A stretch of 43,656 nt of DNA, taken from Candidatus Woesearchaeota archaeon (lineage in GTDB: Archaea > Nanobdellota > Nanobdellia > Woesearchaeales > GW2011-AR4). Of this stretch, positions 7,989 through 15,362 are shown one piece after another. The translations under genes and the position numbers were made by a program. The stretch is taken from positions 1 through 43,656 of the forward strand of contig JADHVG010000002.1 of NCBI GenBank assembly GCA_016784105.1, read 5' to 3'. Under the pieces are notes generated by a model. It searched no databases and was not told the origin of the DNA. It worked only from the letters and a program-made list of their open reading frames with translations. The first letter of the stretch is position 1; each line of letters opens with the position of its first letter.

Positions 7989-8483
7989 TTATTTGTCAAG
8001 TTTATTGAAATTTGTTAGCATGAAACCTACTGTTCCTATGAGAATTATAATTGCAATCCCTCCAAAAATTAATTTTGAAGAAGCAGAACTGAAATCATCT
8101 ATTCCTAACGTACTTAAAAATCCCATAGTGCCCAAAAAAGCTAAAGCAGAACCAGTAAATGCAATCATACGGTTGAAACTTTTTTGGTATTTCAAGTATT
8201 TCTCATTAGTTAATGTCTTTCTCAATTCATGAAGCTTTCTTAAACCAACTTGAGTTAATTTGTACACTCTTTTTTGTCCATTTTCAATAACATACGGTTT
8301 TTCTCCACCTAAACAATATCTAGAAAATAAATGGAAGTTATGTTCTCCCCATACCTGAATCATAATTTTTTTGTTAATTTGTTCAAAGTACTCTTCAATA
8401 AATTCCATCATAGTGGCCACTCCTCGCAATGAATCTTTGCTTAACGGAATCCTTTTGAACATTTTACTCTCAATAAGATCCAC
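7989..8483 (-). CDS. Membrane-anchored protein: about 100-aa soluble (possibly wHTH-like) N-domain plus two C-terminal TM helices
   Basis: TM segments are MIAFTGSALAFLGTMGFLSTLGI and LIFGGIAIIILIGTVGFMLTNF. KRVYKLTQVGLRKLHELR resembles a winged-helix wing. The track ORF starts at a GTG at 8483. The ATG at 8462 (MFKRIP) fits a leaderless start 28 nt from the TATA candidate. Confidence 0.6.
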   Translation of the reverse strand: MDLIESKMFKRIPLSKDSLRGVATMMEFIEEYFEQINKKIMIQVWGEHNFHLFSRYCLGGEKPYVIENGQKRVYKLTQVGLRKLHELRKTLTNEKYLKYQKSFNRMIAFTGSALAFLGTMGFLSTLGIDDFSSASSKLIFGGIAIIILIGTVGFMLTNFNKLDK

Positions 8484-8485
8484 CC

Positions 8486-8495
8486 ATATAAAAAT
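8486..8495 (-). promoter_or_regulatory. TATA-box candidate (ATTTTTATAT on the minus strand) for the six-gene operon
   Basis: The plus strand reads atataaaaat at 8486-8495, immediately downstream of the GT2 gene stop and about 28 nt upstream of the ATG at 8462. Confidence 0.45.
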
Positions 8496-9179
8496 TTACC
8501 CTACAACCTTCTCATAAACTTTCTTTATTTTCTCATAACTAAACCCTAAATGGTACATTATCATCAAGATAAAATAAACAAAACTTAATCTAATTATTCC
8601 TTTCTCTAAGTATTTCCTTCTGGATATTGTTATTTTGTTTTTTATTGTTTTTAGTTTTCCTAATTTTTTCATTCTTTTTGAAAAATCTAAGTCTTCCATG
8701 ATGGGAATCTGTTTGAAACCTCCAAGTTTTTCAAAAACTTCTTTTTTTACGAAGATTGCTTGGTCGCCGAAGAAGATCTTGAAGAAAGAAGAACGAAAAT
8801 TAGATCTAAAAGAAACTAATTTTAGTAGGAAATTGTTTTCTTTAAACTGTTGGAAAAACCCTCCACCAACATGACCTTCTCTAATTGATTTTTCTATTTC
8901 TTCTAGTGCGTTTACTGGTAAAACAGAATCTGCATGTAAAAACAATAAAACATCTCCTTCAGAGTATCTAGAACCTAAATTCATCTGCAAGCTTCTTCCT
9001 TTAGAACTTCTGAAATATTTTATTTTTTTATTTTTTATTGAATTTATTTTTTTTAATGTTTTATCCTTGCCAGAATCTACTATTATTATTTCATAATTCT
9101 CATTTTGTGAATAAATTGAATCTAAGCATTCCAAAATAATTTTTGATTCATTATATACTGGGATTACTATAGAAATCAT
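8496..9179 (-). CDS. Family 2 glycosyltransferase (TIGR04283-like)
   Basis: Motifs include ISIVIPVYNES, IIIVDSG, LLFLHADS, GDQAIFVKKEVFEKLGGF and IMEDLDFSKRM. The ATG at 9179 forms an ATGA overlap with the upstream TVP38 stop. The track ORF extends to 9206. Confidence 0.8.
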   Translation of the reverse strand: MISIVIPVYNESKIILECLDSIYSQNENYEIIIVDSGKDKTLKKINSIKNKKIKYFRSSKGRSLQMNLGSRYSEGDVLLFLHADSVLPVNALEEIEKSIREGHVGGGFFQQFKENNFLLKLVSFRSNFRSSFFKIFFGDQAIFVKKEVFEKLGGFKQIPIMEDLDFSKRMKKLGKLKTIKNKITISRRKYLEKGIIRLSFVYFILMIMYHLGFSYEKIKKVYEKVVG

Positions 9180-9880
9180 TTTAGAAGTATTTTTCCTTTT
9201 AACCATAAAAAATTATGTTTTTCTACTAGGTAAGGAACCAAAAAGAATCCTATAATAATTACTAGGGTAGAGATTATTATGATAAAATTATTCCCTATAG
9301 CAAAACTTTCTCCTAACTTCGCAAATAGGTAGGTCATGGGCAGCATTCCAATATAAGTTGCTAGAGCAAAATTACGTAGTTTCATGTTTGTTAGACCAGC
9401 TCCATAACTTACTATGTCAAATTGAAAGAATGGAAACAAGCGAGCTACCAAAACCAGCCAAAACAAGTAACGTTCGGAGCAATTATAGCATATTGTCATC
9501 TGTTTGCGGAAATATTTGTTCATTATATCTTTTCCTAAATAGCGTGCTATAGAAAATGCGATAACTGCTCCCATCAATGCTCCTATGGAAGCATATAATG
9601 TTGCTAACCAAGGTCCCCAAACTATACCTGCAGCCGCATCTAATGGCAAGCTGGGTATGGGGCTTATTACAATAGCTAAGGCCATAAGAAGAATAAAGAA
9701 TAAAGGTCCAAACACTCCAACGCTTTCAATTTGCTGGTTTATGTTATTCACATTAAAGTAAGAAGCAAAATGAAAGGAGTGGCTTAAAACAAAATAAAAG
9801 ATTATTATTGAAAAGAAAACTGCCAGAATTATCAGTTTCTTGTTCTTTTTAGGCTTTTGCTTTGAATTTTTTTTGGACAT
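9176..9880 (-). CDS. TVP38/TMEM64 (DedA-related, SNARE-associated) family membrane protein
   Basis: Multi-pass membrane protein with PIPSLPLDAAAGIVWGPWLATLYASIGALMGAVIAFSIARYLGKD. Confidence 0.8.
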   Translation of the reverse strand: MSKKNSKQKPKKNKKLIILAVFFSIIIFYFVLSHSFHFASYFNVNNINQQIESVGVFGPLFFILLMALAIVISPIPSLPLDAAAGIVWGPWLATLYASIGALMGAVIAFSIARYLGKDIMNKYFRKQMTICYNCSERYLFWLVLVARLFPFFQFDIVSYGAGLTNMKLRNFALATYIGMLPMTYLFAKLGESFAIGNNFIIIISTLVIIIGFFLVPYLVEKHNFLWLKGKILLK

Positions 9881-10523
9881 ATTTATAGAGTGGTAAGGTA
9901 AAAATCAACAGTATAAATAAAGCTATTGATAAGATAAACTGGGGCGACATTAAATTCCCGGATTGTCCACCAATATTAGCTAAAATCATCGAACCGGGTA
10001 TTATTCCCAGAAAAGTTCCAAGGATATAGTCTCTTTTCCTTATTTTTGTTAGGCCCATCGCAAAATTTAAGCCATTAAATGGGAATAGTGGGATCAAACG
10101 TAAAAATAACATGACCAAAAACCCGTTCTTCTCTATTTTTTCATCGTATTCATAGATTTTTTTGAATTTGTTCTTAAGAAGTTTGTTAACGAAGTCTCCT
10201 CCAAAAAATCTAGCTATAAGAAAAGCAATTCCAGCCCCGATGGTTGCTCCTACTACTGTTAGCATGCCTCCTTTGAGTGTTCCAAACAGCACTCCAGAGG
10301 CTATCGTGAAGGGTGTTCCGGGTAAGAAGGTTACGGTAACGATGACATACACTAAGATAAAGATTAAGGACCCATATACTCCTGCTTCTTGTATTAGTTC
10401 TCTGACTTTTTCCACACTCATGTAGTCTCCTAGAGCCGTATATTTAGCTGCTAAAACCAGAGAAACTATTATTAAGAGTAATATAGAAAATTTTAATCCA
10501 CTCTTTCTAAATTTTTTTAACAT
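9849..10523 (-). CDS. TVP38/TMEM64 family membrane protein (paralogue)
   Basis: FLPGTPFTIASGVLFGTLKGGMLTVVGATIGAGIAFLIARFFGGDF. It overlaps the downstream paralogue by 32 nt. Confidence 0.8.
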   Translation of the reverse strand: MLKKFRKSGLKFSILLLIIVSLVLAAKYTALGDYMSVEKVRELIQEAGVYGSLIFILVYVIVTVTFLPGTPFTIASGVLFGTLKGGMLTVVGATIGAGIAFLIARFFGGDFVNKLLKNKFKKIYEYDEKIEKNGFLVMLFLRLIPLFPFNGLNFAMGLTKIRKRDYILGTFLGIIPGSMILANIGGQSGNLMSPQFILSIALFILLIFTLPLYKYVQKKFKAKA

Positions 10524-10544
10524 ATTCTTTACACTTTTTTTCTT

Positions 10545-10552
10545 TATATAAA
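10545..10552 (-). promoter_or_regulatory. TATA-box candidate (TTTATATA on the minus strand) for the TVP38/TVP38/GT2 genes
   Basis: The plus strand reads tatataaa at 10545-10552, centred about 25 nt upstream of the start codon at 10523. Confidence 0.45.
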
Positions 10553-10560
10553 CACTATCT

Positions 10561-11970
10561 TTAATACAACCACTTCAAGATCTTTTTAGTTCTTTCATTA
10601 AGTTTTTTTGAGAAACTATCGCTTATTATTTTTTTGTTCACGCGAGAAGCAACTGGATATGGATATATCTTGTTAAAGATGTTCTTGACACTTAATCCAG
10701 AAGAATTAGCTAAAATTAGCTCTTGAGCTATTTCTCCAGCGTTCTTTGCTACCATGCTCCCACCAAGTATTTTATTCTTAGAAACAAATAATATAGTTTT
10801 TCCATTAACAAAATCATCTACTATTGATCTATCATCGTGCTCAAAGTCTAAAACTAACTTCTCATACTTCTTCCCTTTTAATTGCTCTTCATTAAAGCCA
10901 AAAGTTGCTATCTCTGGATCTGTATATGTAACCCATGAAAATTTAGAATAACTCAATTTCTTCTTAAAAGGAGAGAAGAAGTTGCTTATGATAACGGAAG
11001 CATGAAGTTCAGCTGCGTGCGTAAATTGATAACCTCCGGCGATATCTCCACACAATAAAACATCTTTGTTGGTTGTTCTTAAATATTCATCAACTTTTAT
11101 TTTTCTGTCAAATTCTATGCCCGCATTTGCTAGATCTAAACCTTCAACATTTAAATCCCTCCCAATGCTAACTAGAACTTCATCAAAATCAATATTTTCT
11201 TCTTTGTCCTCACATGAGAGAATAGCTTCATTAGATGATAAAAATTCCTTTACGGATGTATCAAACTTGATATCGATACCTTCCTTAACCAGCTGTTCAT
11301 ACAAAACCAGAGCCATTTCCTCTGATTCTTTTGGCAAGAACTTATCTCCTCTAATTAGAATAGTGACTTTTGATCCTAACCTAGAAAATGCTTGGGATAA
11401 CTCCACTCCAATAGGACCTCCACCTATAACTAGCAACTTCTCAGGTAATTCTTCAAGATCGAAGATTGTTTCGTTAGTTTGATAACGAACATTCTCAACA
11501 CCTTTAACAGATAATTTTCTGGGTCTGGAACCGGTAGCTAAAACTATCTTCTTTGCAGTGTACTTATTACCATTTACCGTAACAGAATTCTTCCCGGAAA
11601 ATTTTGCTAAACCAAGCTCAACGTCCATCCCTATTTTCTTAAAATAGCTAGCATTTTCATGTTCTCTAATAACTTCTTTTTTAGACCGAACATAGTCCAT
11701 CACTTTTCTCAAGCTAACTTTACCAGAAGTTTCTAAACCGAACTTCTCAGCTTCTTTTCCTGAATGAACTAATTTAGAAACGTGAATTAAAGCCTTGCTG
11801 GGAACACACCCAAAGTTTAAACAATCTCCACCTATATTCTCATCTTTCTTATCTATCAGCAAAACCTTAAAACCTGCCTTGTTCATGAATCCAGCTATAT
11901 TAAGACCACCAGAACCCGCACCAATAACTATAATATCGTAATTCATTTTTATTTCACTAAACTTTTGCAT
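10561..11970 (-). CDS. Class I pyridine-nucleotide-disulfide oxidoreductase (dihydrolipoamide dehydrogenase / mercuric-reductase-like)
   Basis: FAD fold YDIIVIGAGSGG, redox-active disulfide GGDCLNFGCVPSK, a second Rossmann LLVIGGGPIGVE and a C-terminal dimerisation-domain-like region. The ATG at 11946 (MNYDIIVIG) is an alternative start. Confidence 0.85.
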   Translation of the reverse strand: MQKFSEIKMNYDIIVIGAGSGGLNIAGFMNKAGFKVLLIDKKDENIGGDCLNFGCVPSKALIHVSKLVHSGKEAEKFGLETSGKVSLRKVMDYVRSKKEVIREHENASYFKKIGMDVELGLAKFSGKNSVTVNGNKYTAKKIVLATGSRPRKLSVKGVENVRYQTNETIFDLEELPEKLLVIGGGPIGVELSQAFSRLGSKVTILIRGDKFLPKESEEMALVLYEQLVKEGIDIKFDTSVKEFLSSNEAILSCEDKEENIDFDEVLVSIGRDLNVEGLDLANAGIEFDRKIKVDEYLRTTNKDVLLCGDIAGGYQFTHAAELHASVIISNFFSPFKKKLSYSKFSWVTYTDPEIATFGFNEEQLKGKKYEKLVLDFEHDDRSIVDDFVNGKTILFVSKNKILGGSMVAKNAGEIAQELILANSSGLSVKNIFNKIYPYPVASRVNKKIISDSFSKKLNERTKKILKWLY

Positions 11971-11991
11971 TATTAAACTTGTATTAAAGTA

Positions 11992-12009
11992 TTAAACCTT
12001 TGGTTTAAT
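11992..12009. promoter_or_regulatory. Palindrome ATTAAACC-tt-GGTTTAAT in a divergent intergenic region (operator candidate)
   Basis: Read directly. The related arms ATTAATAACC (12011-12020) and GGTTAATAAT (12047-12056) match 9/10 as an inverted repeat. Confidence 0.4.
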
Positions 12010-12142
12010 CATTAATAACCATAAGCAATAATTATTACTTCCTAGTGGTTAATAATGAAAACACTTATAAACGCTTATTCTTTATGAATCTAATCATAAG
12101 TTATATATGTATTTTTAGATAATAATGTTATTTGGGGCATAA

Positions 12143-12646
12143 ATGGAAGGAATTTTAGATGGGGAACCAGAAGATTCTTTAGATGCTCTTGTGGAAGAAG
12201 ATGAAAAAGGATTTATGCAAAGACATCCTTGGTTTGGACCTGGAACAACTTTGGCAACAGTTCTAACAGTATTTCTTGGAGGAGCATATTTTATTGGGTG
12301 GGATAAAGATATTGCAGAATTTGTTGAAGATGTGGAAAATTATCTTTCTGATTCTAAACTTGGAACAAAACTTGACATATCTAAGTTGAGACAAAACTGT
12401 CAAAGTCCAGCCTATCTTGCAAGAGAGTTTGGAAGTTTTTCTGAAAAAGAAAGAAAAAATCAATGTCAGGATTTAGCATGGAAACAGAGTTGTGATAATT
12501 TTGTCCAGAATGAAAAATATGATGCTTCTAGAGGTTCTTTCAGATCTCTTTCCTTATTCTATGATACTTCCAACCTAACTGCAAAAACCGACACTGAAAT
12601 AATTATCGGGGAAAAATTAAGCACAGGGACTTGTTTGTCCAGATAG
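12143..12646 (+). CDS. Hypothetical protein with one predicted TM segment
   Basis: ATG ORF of 167 aa. The acidic N-terminus is followed by TLATVLTVFLGGAYFIGW. An AT-rich TATA-like element lies about 35 nt upstream. No family recognised. Confidence 0.5.
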   Translation: MEGILDGEPEDSLDALVEEDEKGFMQRHPWFGPGTTLATVLTVFLGGAYFIGWDKDIAEFVEDVENYLSDSKLGTKLDISKLRQNCQSPAYLAREFGSFSEKERKNQCQDLAWKQSCDNFVQNEKYDASRGSFRSLSLFYDTSNLTAKTDTEIIIGEKLSTGTCLSR

Positions 12647-12978
12647 CTTCAACCAGCGAAAATATTGAAATTTCTCCGTGGTCTATCATGGGAGCTGGTG
12701 ATGAAGCATACAGGATGCTTAAAAAAGATCCATCTGCATTCTCAAATAACAATTATTACGCTCAATCCGGATCTGTGGACCTAATCGCAGTAGCAAAATC
12801 CATGGCGTATCAAAATAATCCAGTAGGTTATACTTGGGGAGTGAAAGATCTGTTTGAATTGTCTCTTGGAATGATGCACAAATCAGGAAAGCAAGGTACT
12901 GCCAACTATCAGAGAATTGAAGTATCATTCGGACAATTCAATAATTACATTTCAAACAAAAAGAAAACTACGTTATAA
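12631..12978 (+). CDS. Hypothetical protein, possibly the 3' part of a frameshift-split gene
   Basis: TTG-initiated 115-aa ORF that overlaps the previous ORF by 16 nt. No ATG or strong SD. No family recognised. Confidence 0.35.
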   Translation: MFVQIASTSENIEISPWSIMGAGDEAYRMLKKDPSAFSNNNYYAQSGSVDLIAVAKSMAYQNNPVGYTWGVKDLFELSLGMMHKSGKQGTANYQRIEVSFGQFNNYISNKKKTTL

Positions 12979-12980
12979 TT

Positions 12981-13658
12981 CTAAAACCCGACGTTCCACA
13001 ATAGTAATATGATTATCGTAAAGATCAAGATTCCTAAAGTAAAAAACATGGGTTTTCCTTCTCTGTCTTTGGGTAAGGTATCCCTGATGACAGTATACAA
13101 CAAACCTCCTGCTACTGATCCAAGGAGTATTGTATTTCCTAGAAAACCTACATCAACAAATAGTGCGACTAATGAACCTAGAAAAGCTGAACTGGATGCA
13201 AAAGCACGAACATGGTGTTTTTTTGATTTTCTTCGAGGTAATGAATCTATCACAATATGTAATGTGACTGGAATAAAAAGCAATAAACCATCTAAAGCAT
13301 TTTGGGATGTTATGTCTGCTAAAAGATATCCTACCACAAAAAAATATCCGAAAGAAGAAGTTGTGTGTAATAACTGATGTTCTTTTCTTAGTGCTATTCC
13401 CGTAAAATTTTGCCTAATATATTTCTCTATTATATGGAAAAAGCCAAAACTGAACAGAACAGACAAAAATATTAGTTTACTGATTCCAACAGAACGCACA
13501 TAAACTTCTGGAAGCATTATCAAGAACACATAAGTAACTGAGACTCCAGCCGCAAACGAGATGAACTTCATCTTGTTTTGGTTTCCTCTTGAGAATAACC
13601 CTTCCGTAAGAAAGTCAACAATACTTAATATCAAAGCTAATATTTGTCCTAAAAACAT
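12981..13658 (-). CDS. Multi-pass integral membrane protein, unknown family
   Basis: 225 aa with about 7 hydrophobic segments. Scattered His/Asp lie in the TM regions (FFHIIEKY, TLHIVIDSL). A transporter role is only a guess. Confidence 0.5.
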   Translation of the reverse strand: MFLGQILALILSIVDFLTEGLFSRGNQNKMKFISFAAGVSVTYVFLIMLPEVYVRSVGISKLIFLSVLFSFGFFHIIEKYIRQNFTGIALRKEHQLLHTTSSFGYFFVVGYLLADITSQNALDGLLLFIPVTLHIVIDSLPRRKSKKHHVRAFASSSAFLGSLVALFVDVGFLGNTILLGSVAGGLLYTVIRDTLPKDREGKPMFFTLGILIFTIIILLLWNVGF

Positions 13659-13696
13659 TTTAATTATCTATTTATAAGAGTATAAAAGCGTTCCTA

Positions 13697-15346
13697 TTAC
13701 AATGGACATGCTAATGCATCAAGCTCCTTACCCCATACTTCAGTGTTTTCTGAATAATCTATGGGACATTCTACGATAACCGGTCCTTCCTGCTTAAAAG
13801 CCTTTTTTAAGATGCTAGCTAAATCAGAAGCCTTCTTGACCTTGTAGCCTTTGGCCCCATAAGATTCTGCGTATTTAACAAAATCAGGATTTCCTAAGTC
13901 TAAAGAATAATCTTTGAATTTCATGTTTTGTTGTTTCCATTTGATAAACCCAAAAGCGTTATCATTCACTATTAAGACAACCACATTTATTTTTAAACGA
14001 ACAGCAGTTTCCAATTCTTGCGAGTTCATCATGAACCCACCATCTCCACACACAGCAAGAACTTTTTTATTAGGATTTACTAACTTAGCTGCCATGGAAC
14101 TTGGAAGTCCAGCCCCCATCGTTGCTAAAGTGTTATCTAAAAGAAATGTTCCTATGTTAAATGTCTTATAATGTCGTGAAAACCATAACTTATAGATTCC
14201 GTTATCTAAACAGATAATATCTTCTTTGCCCATTACTTTTCGAACATCAGCTACTATCCTTCGTGGTTTTAAAGGAAAAGAATTATCGTCAGCCCCATTA
14301 GTGAACAATCTTTTATCCAAGTCTTTCTTGATCTTCTTGCAGTACTCTCCTTTGTGTTTGTAGCTTTTAAGCTCTTTAGCCAGCATGTCTAAACTAACCG
14401 CAATATCTCCCACCAATTCACAATCGGGATTATAGTAAATATCTGTCTTGGATGGTGTAAAGTCCACATTCAATATCTTCTTATCTAAATCATGATTCCA
14501 AATACTTGGGGGATGCTCTATTTTTGTGTACCCAATAGCTATGATTAAATCTGATTTCTCCACAACACAATTCACATAATCTCGTTTATGCAATCCGAAA
14601 GCATACAATGAATTCTTATGATCATCTCCCAGAGCTCCTTTTCCAAGCTGAGTATGGATAACATAAATATTGGTTTTATTACAAAACTTTCTCAAACTTT
14701 TATGCACCATATTACGCTGAGCTCTCGATGAAACGATGATAACTGGATGTTTTGCTTTCTTGATCATTGAACCTGCTATCCTGATTGCTTTATCATCAGC
14801 AATTGGCCTTCTTACCGAACCTGGCTTTTGCGGTTTATATTTTCCATCTATCTTTTCATGAGCTATATCTTCAGGAAGCTCAATGTGACATGCGCCTTGC
14901 CTTTCTGTTGTTGCATCTTTAAAGCTAGCACGAACTTCCATCGGAATGCTTTTTGGGCCATGAATCTGCACAGACCTTTTTGTTATGGGAAACATCATAT
15001 CTACAATGTCTAAAACTTGAAAGGTTGCTTGCCAATTATCTCTAATACCTTTCTGGCCAGTTATCGCTAAAATTGGCATCCCTCCTAAATGTGCATGTGC
15101 AACTCCAGTAAAAAGATTAGTGGCTCCAGGCCCTAGAGTAGACATGCAAACTCCAACCTTGCCAGTTAAACGACCATAGGTTGCAGCCATGAAAGCAGAG
15201 CCTTGCTCGTGCCTATTAACAATTAGTTGGATCTTTGATTTACGAAGACTCTCAACTAGATCCAAGTTTTCCTCTCCGGGAACTGAGAAAACATACTCAA
15301 CCCCTTCTTCTTCCAAACACTTCACAAATAAATCAGATGCTTTCAT
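13697..15346 (-). CDS. Thiamine-diphosphate-dependent acetolactate synthase-like enzyme
   Basis: The N-terminus is LFVKCLEEEGVEYVFSVPGEENL ... NRHEQGSAFMAATYGRLTGK ... STLGPGATNL. The ThDP motif is GDGGFMMNSQELETAV...VVLIVNDN. Confidence 0.85.
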   Translation of the reverse strand: MKASDLFVKCLEEEGVEYVFSVPGEENLDLVESLRKSKIQLIVNRHEQGSAFMAATYGRLTGKVGVCMSTLGPGATNLFTGVAHAHLGGMPILAITGQKGIRDNWQATFQVLDIVDMMFPITKRSVQIHGPKSIPMEVRASFKDATTERQGACHIELPEDIAHEKIDGKYKPQKPGSVRRPIADDKAIRIAGSMIKKAKHPVIIVSSRAQRNMVHKSLRKFCNKTNIYVIHTQLGKGALGDDHKNSLYAFGLHKRDYVNCVVEKSDLIIAIGYTKIEHPPSIWNHDLDKKILNVDFTPSKTDIYYNPDCELVGDIAVSLDMLAKELKSYKHKGEYCKKIKKDLDKRLFTNGADDNSFPLKPRRIVADVRKVMGKEDIICLDNGIYKLWFSRHYKTFNIGTFLLDNTLATMGAGLPSSMAAKLVNPNKKVLAVCGDGGFMMNSQELETAVRLKINVVVLIVNDNAFGFIKWKQQNMKFKDYSLDLGNPDFVKYAESYGAKGYKVKKASDLASILKKAFKQEGPVIVECPIDYSENTEVWGKELDALACPL

Positions 15347-15362
15347 ATTTTATTTCCTCTTT

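Noticed and set aside
12981-13658. Calling the 225-aa membrane protein a ZIP-family metal transporter
   Set aside because: It has scattered His and Asp in its TM helices. It lacks the HNxPEG / HExPxE signature blocks I would expect in a ZIP protein. I left it as an uncharacterised membrane protein.
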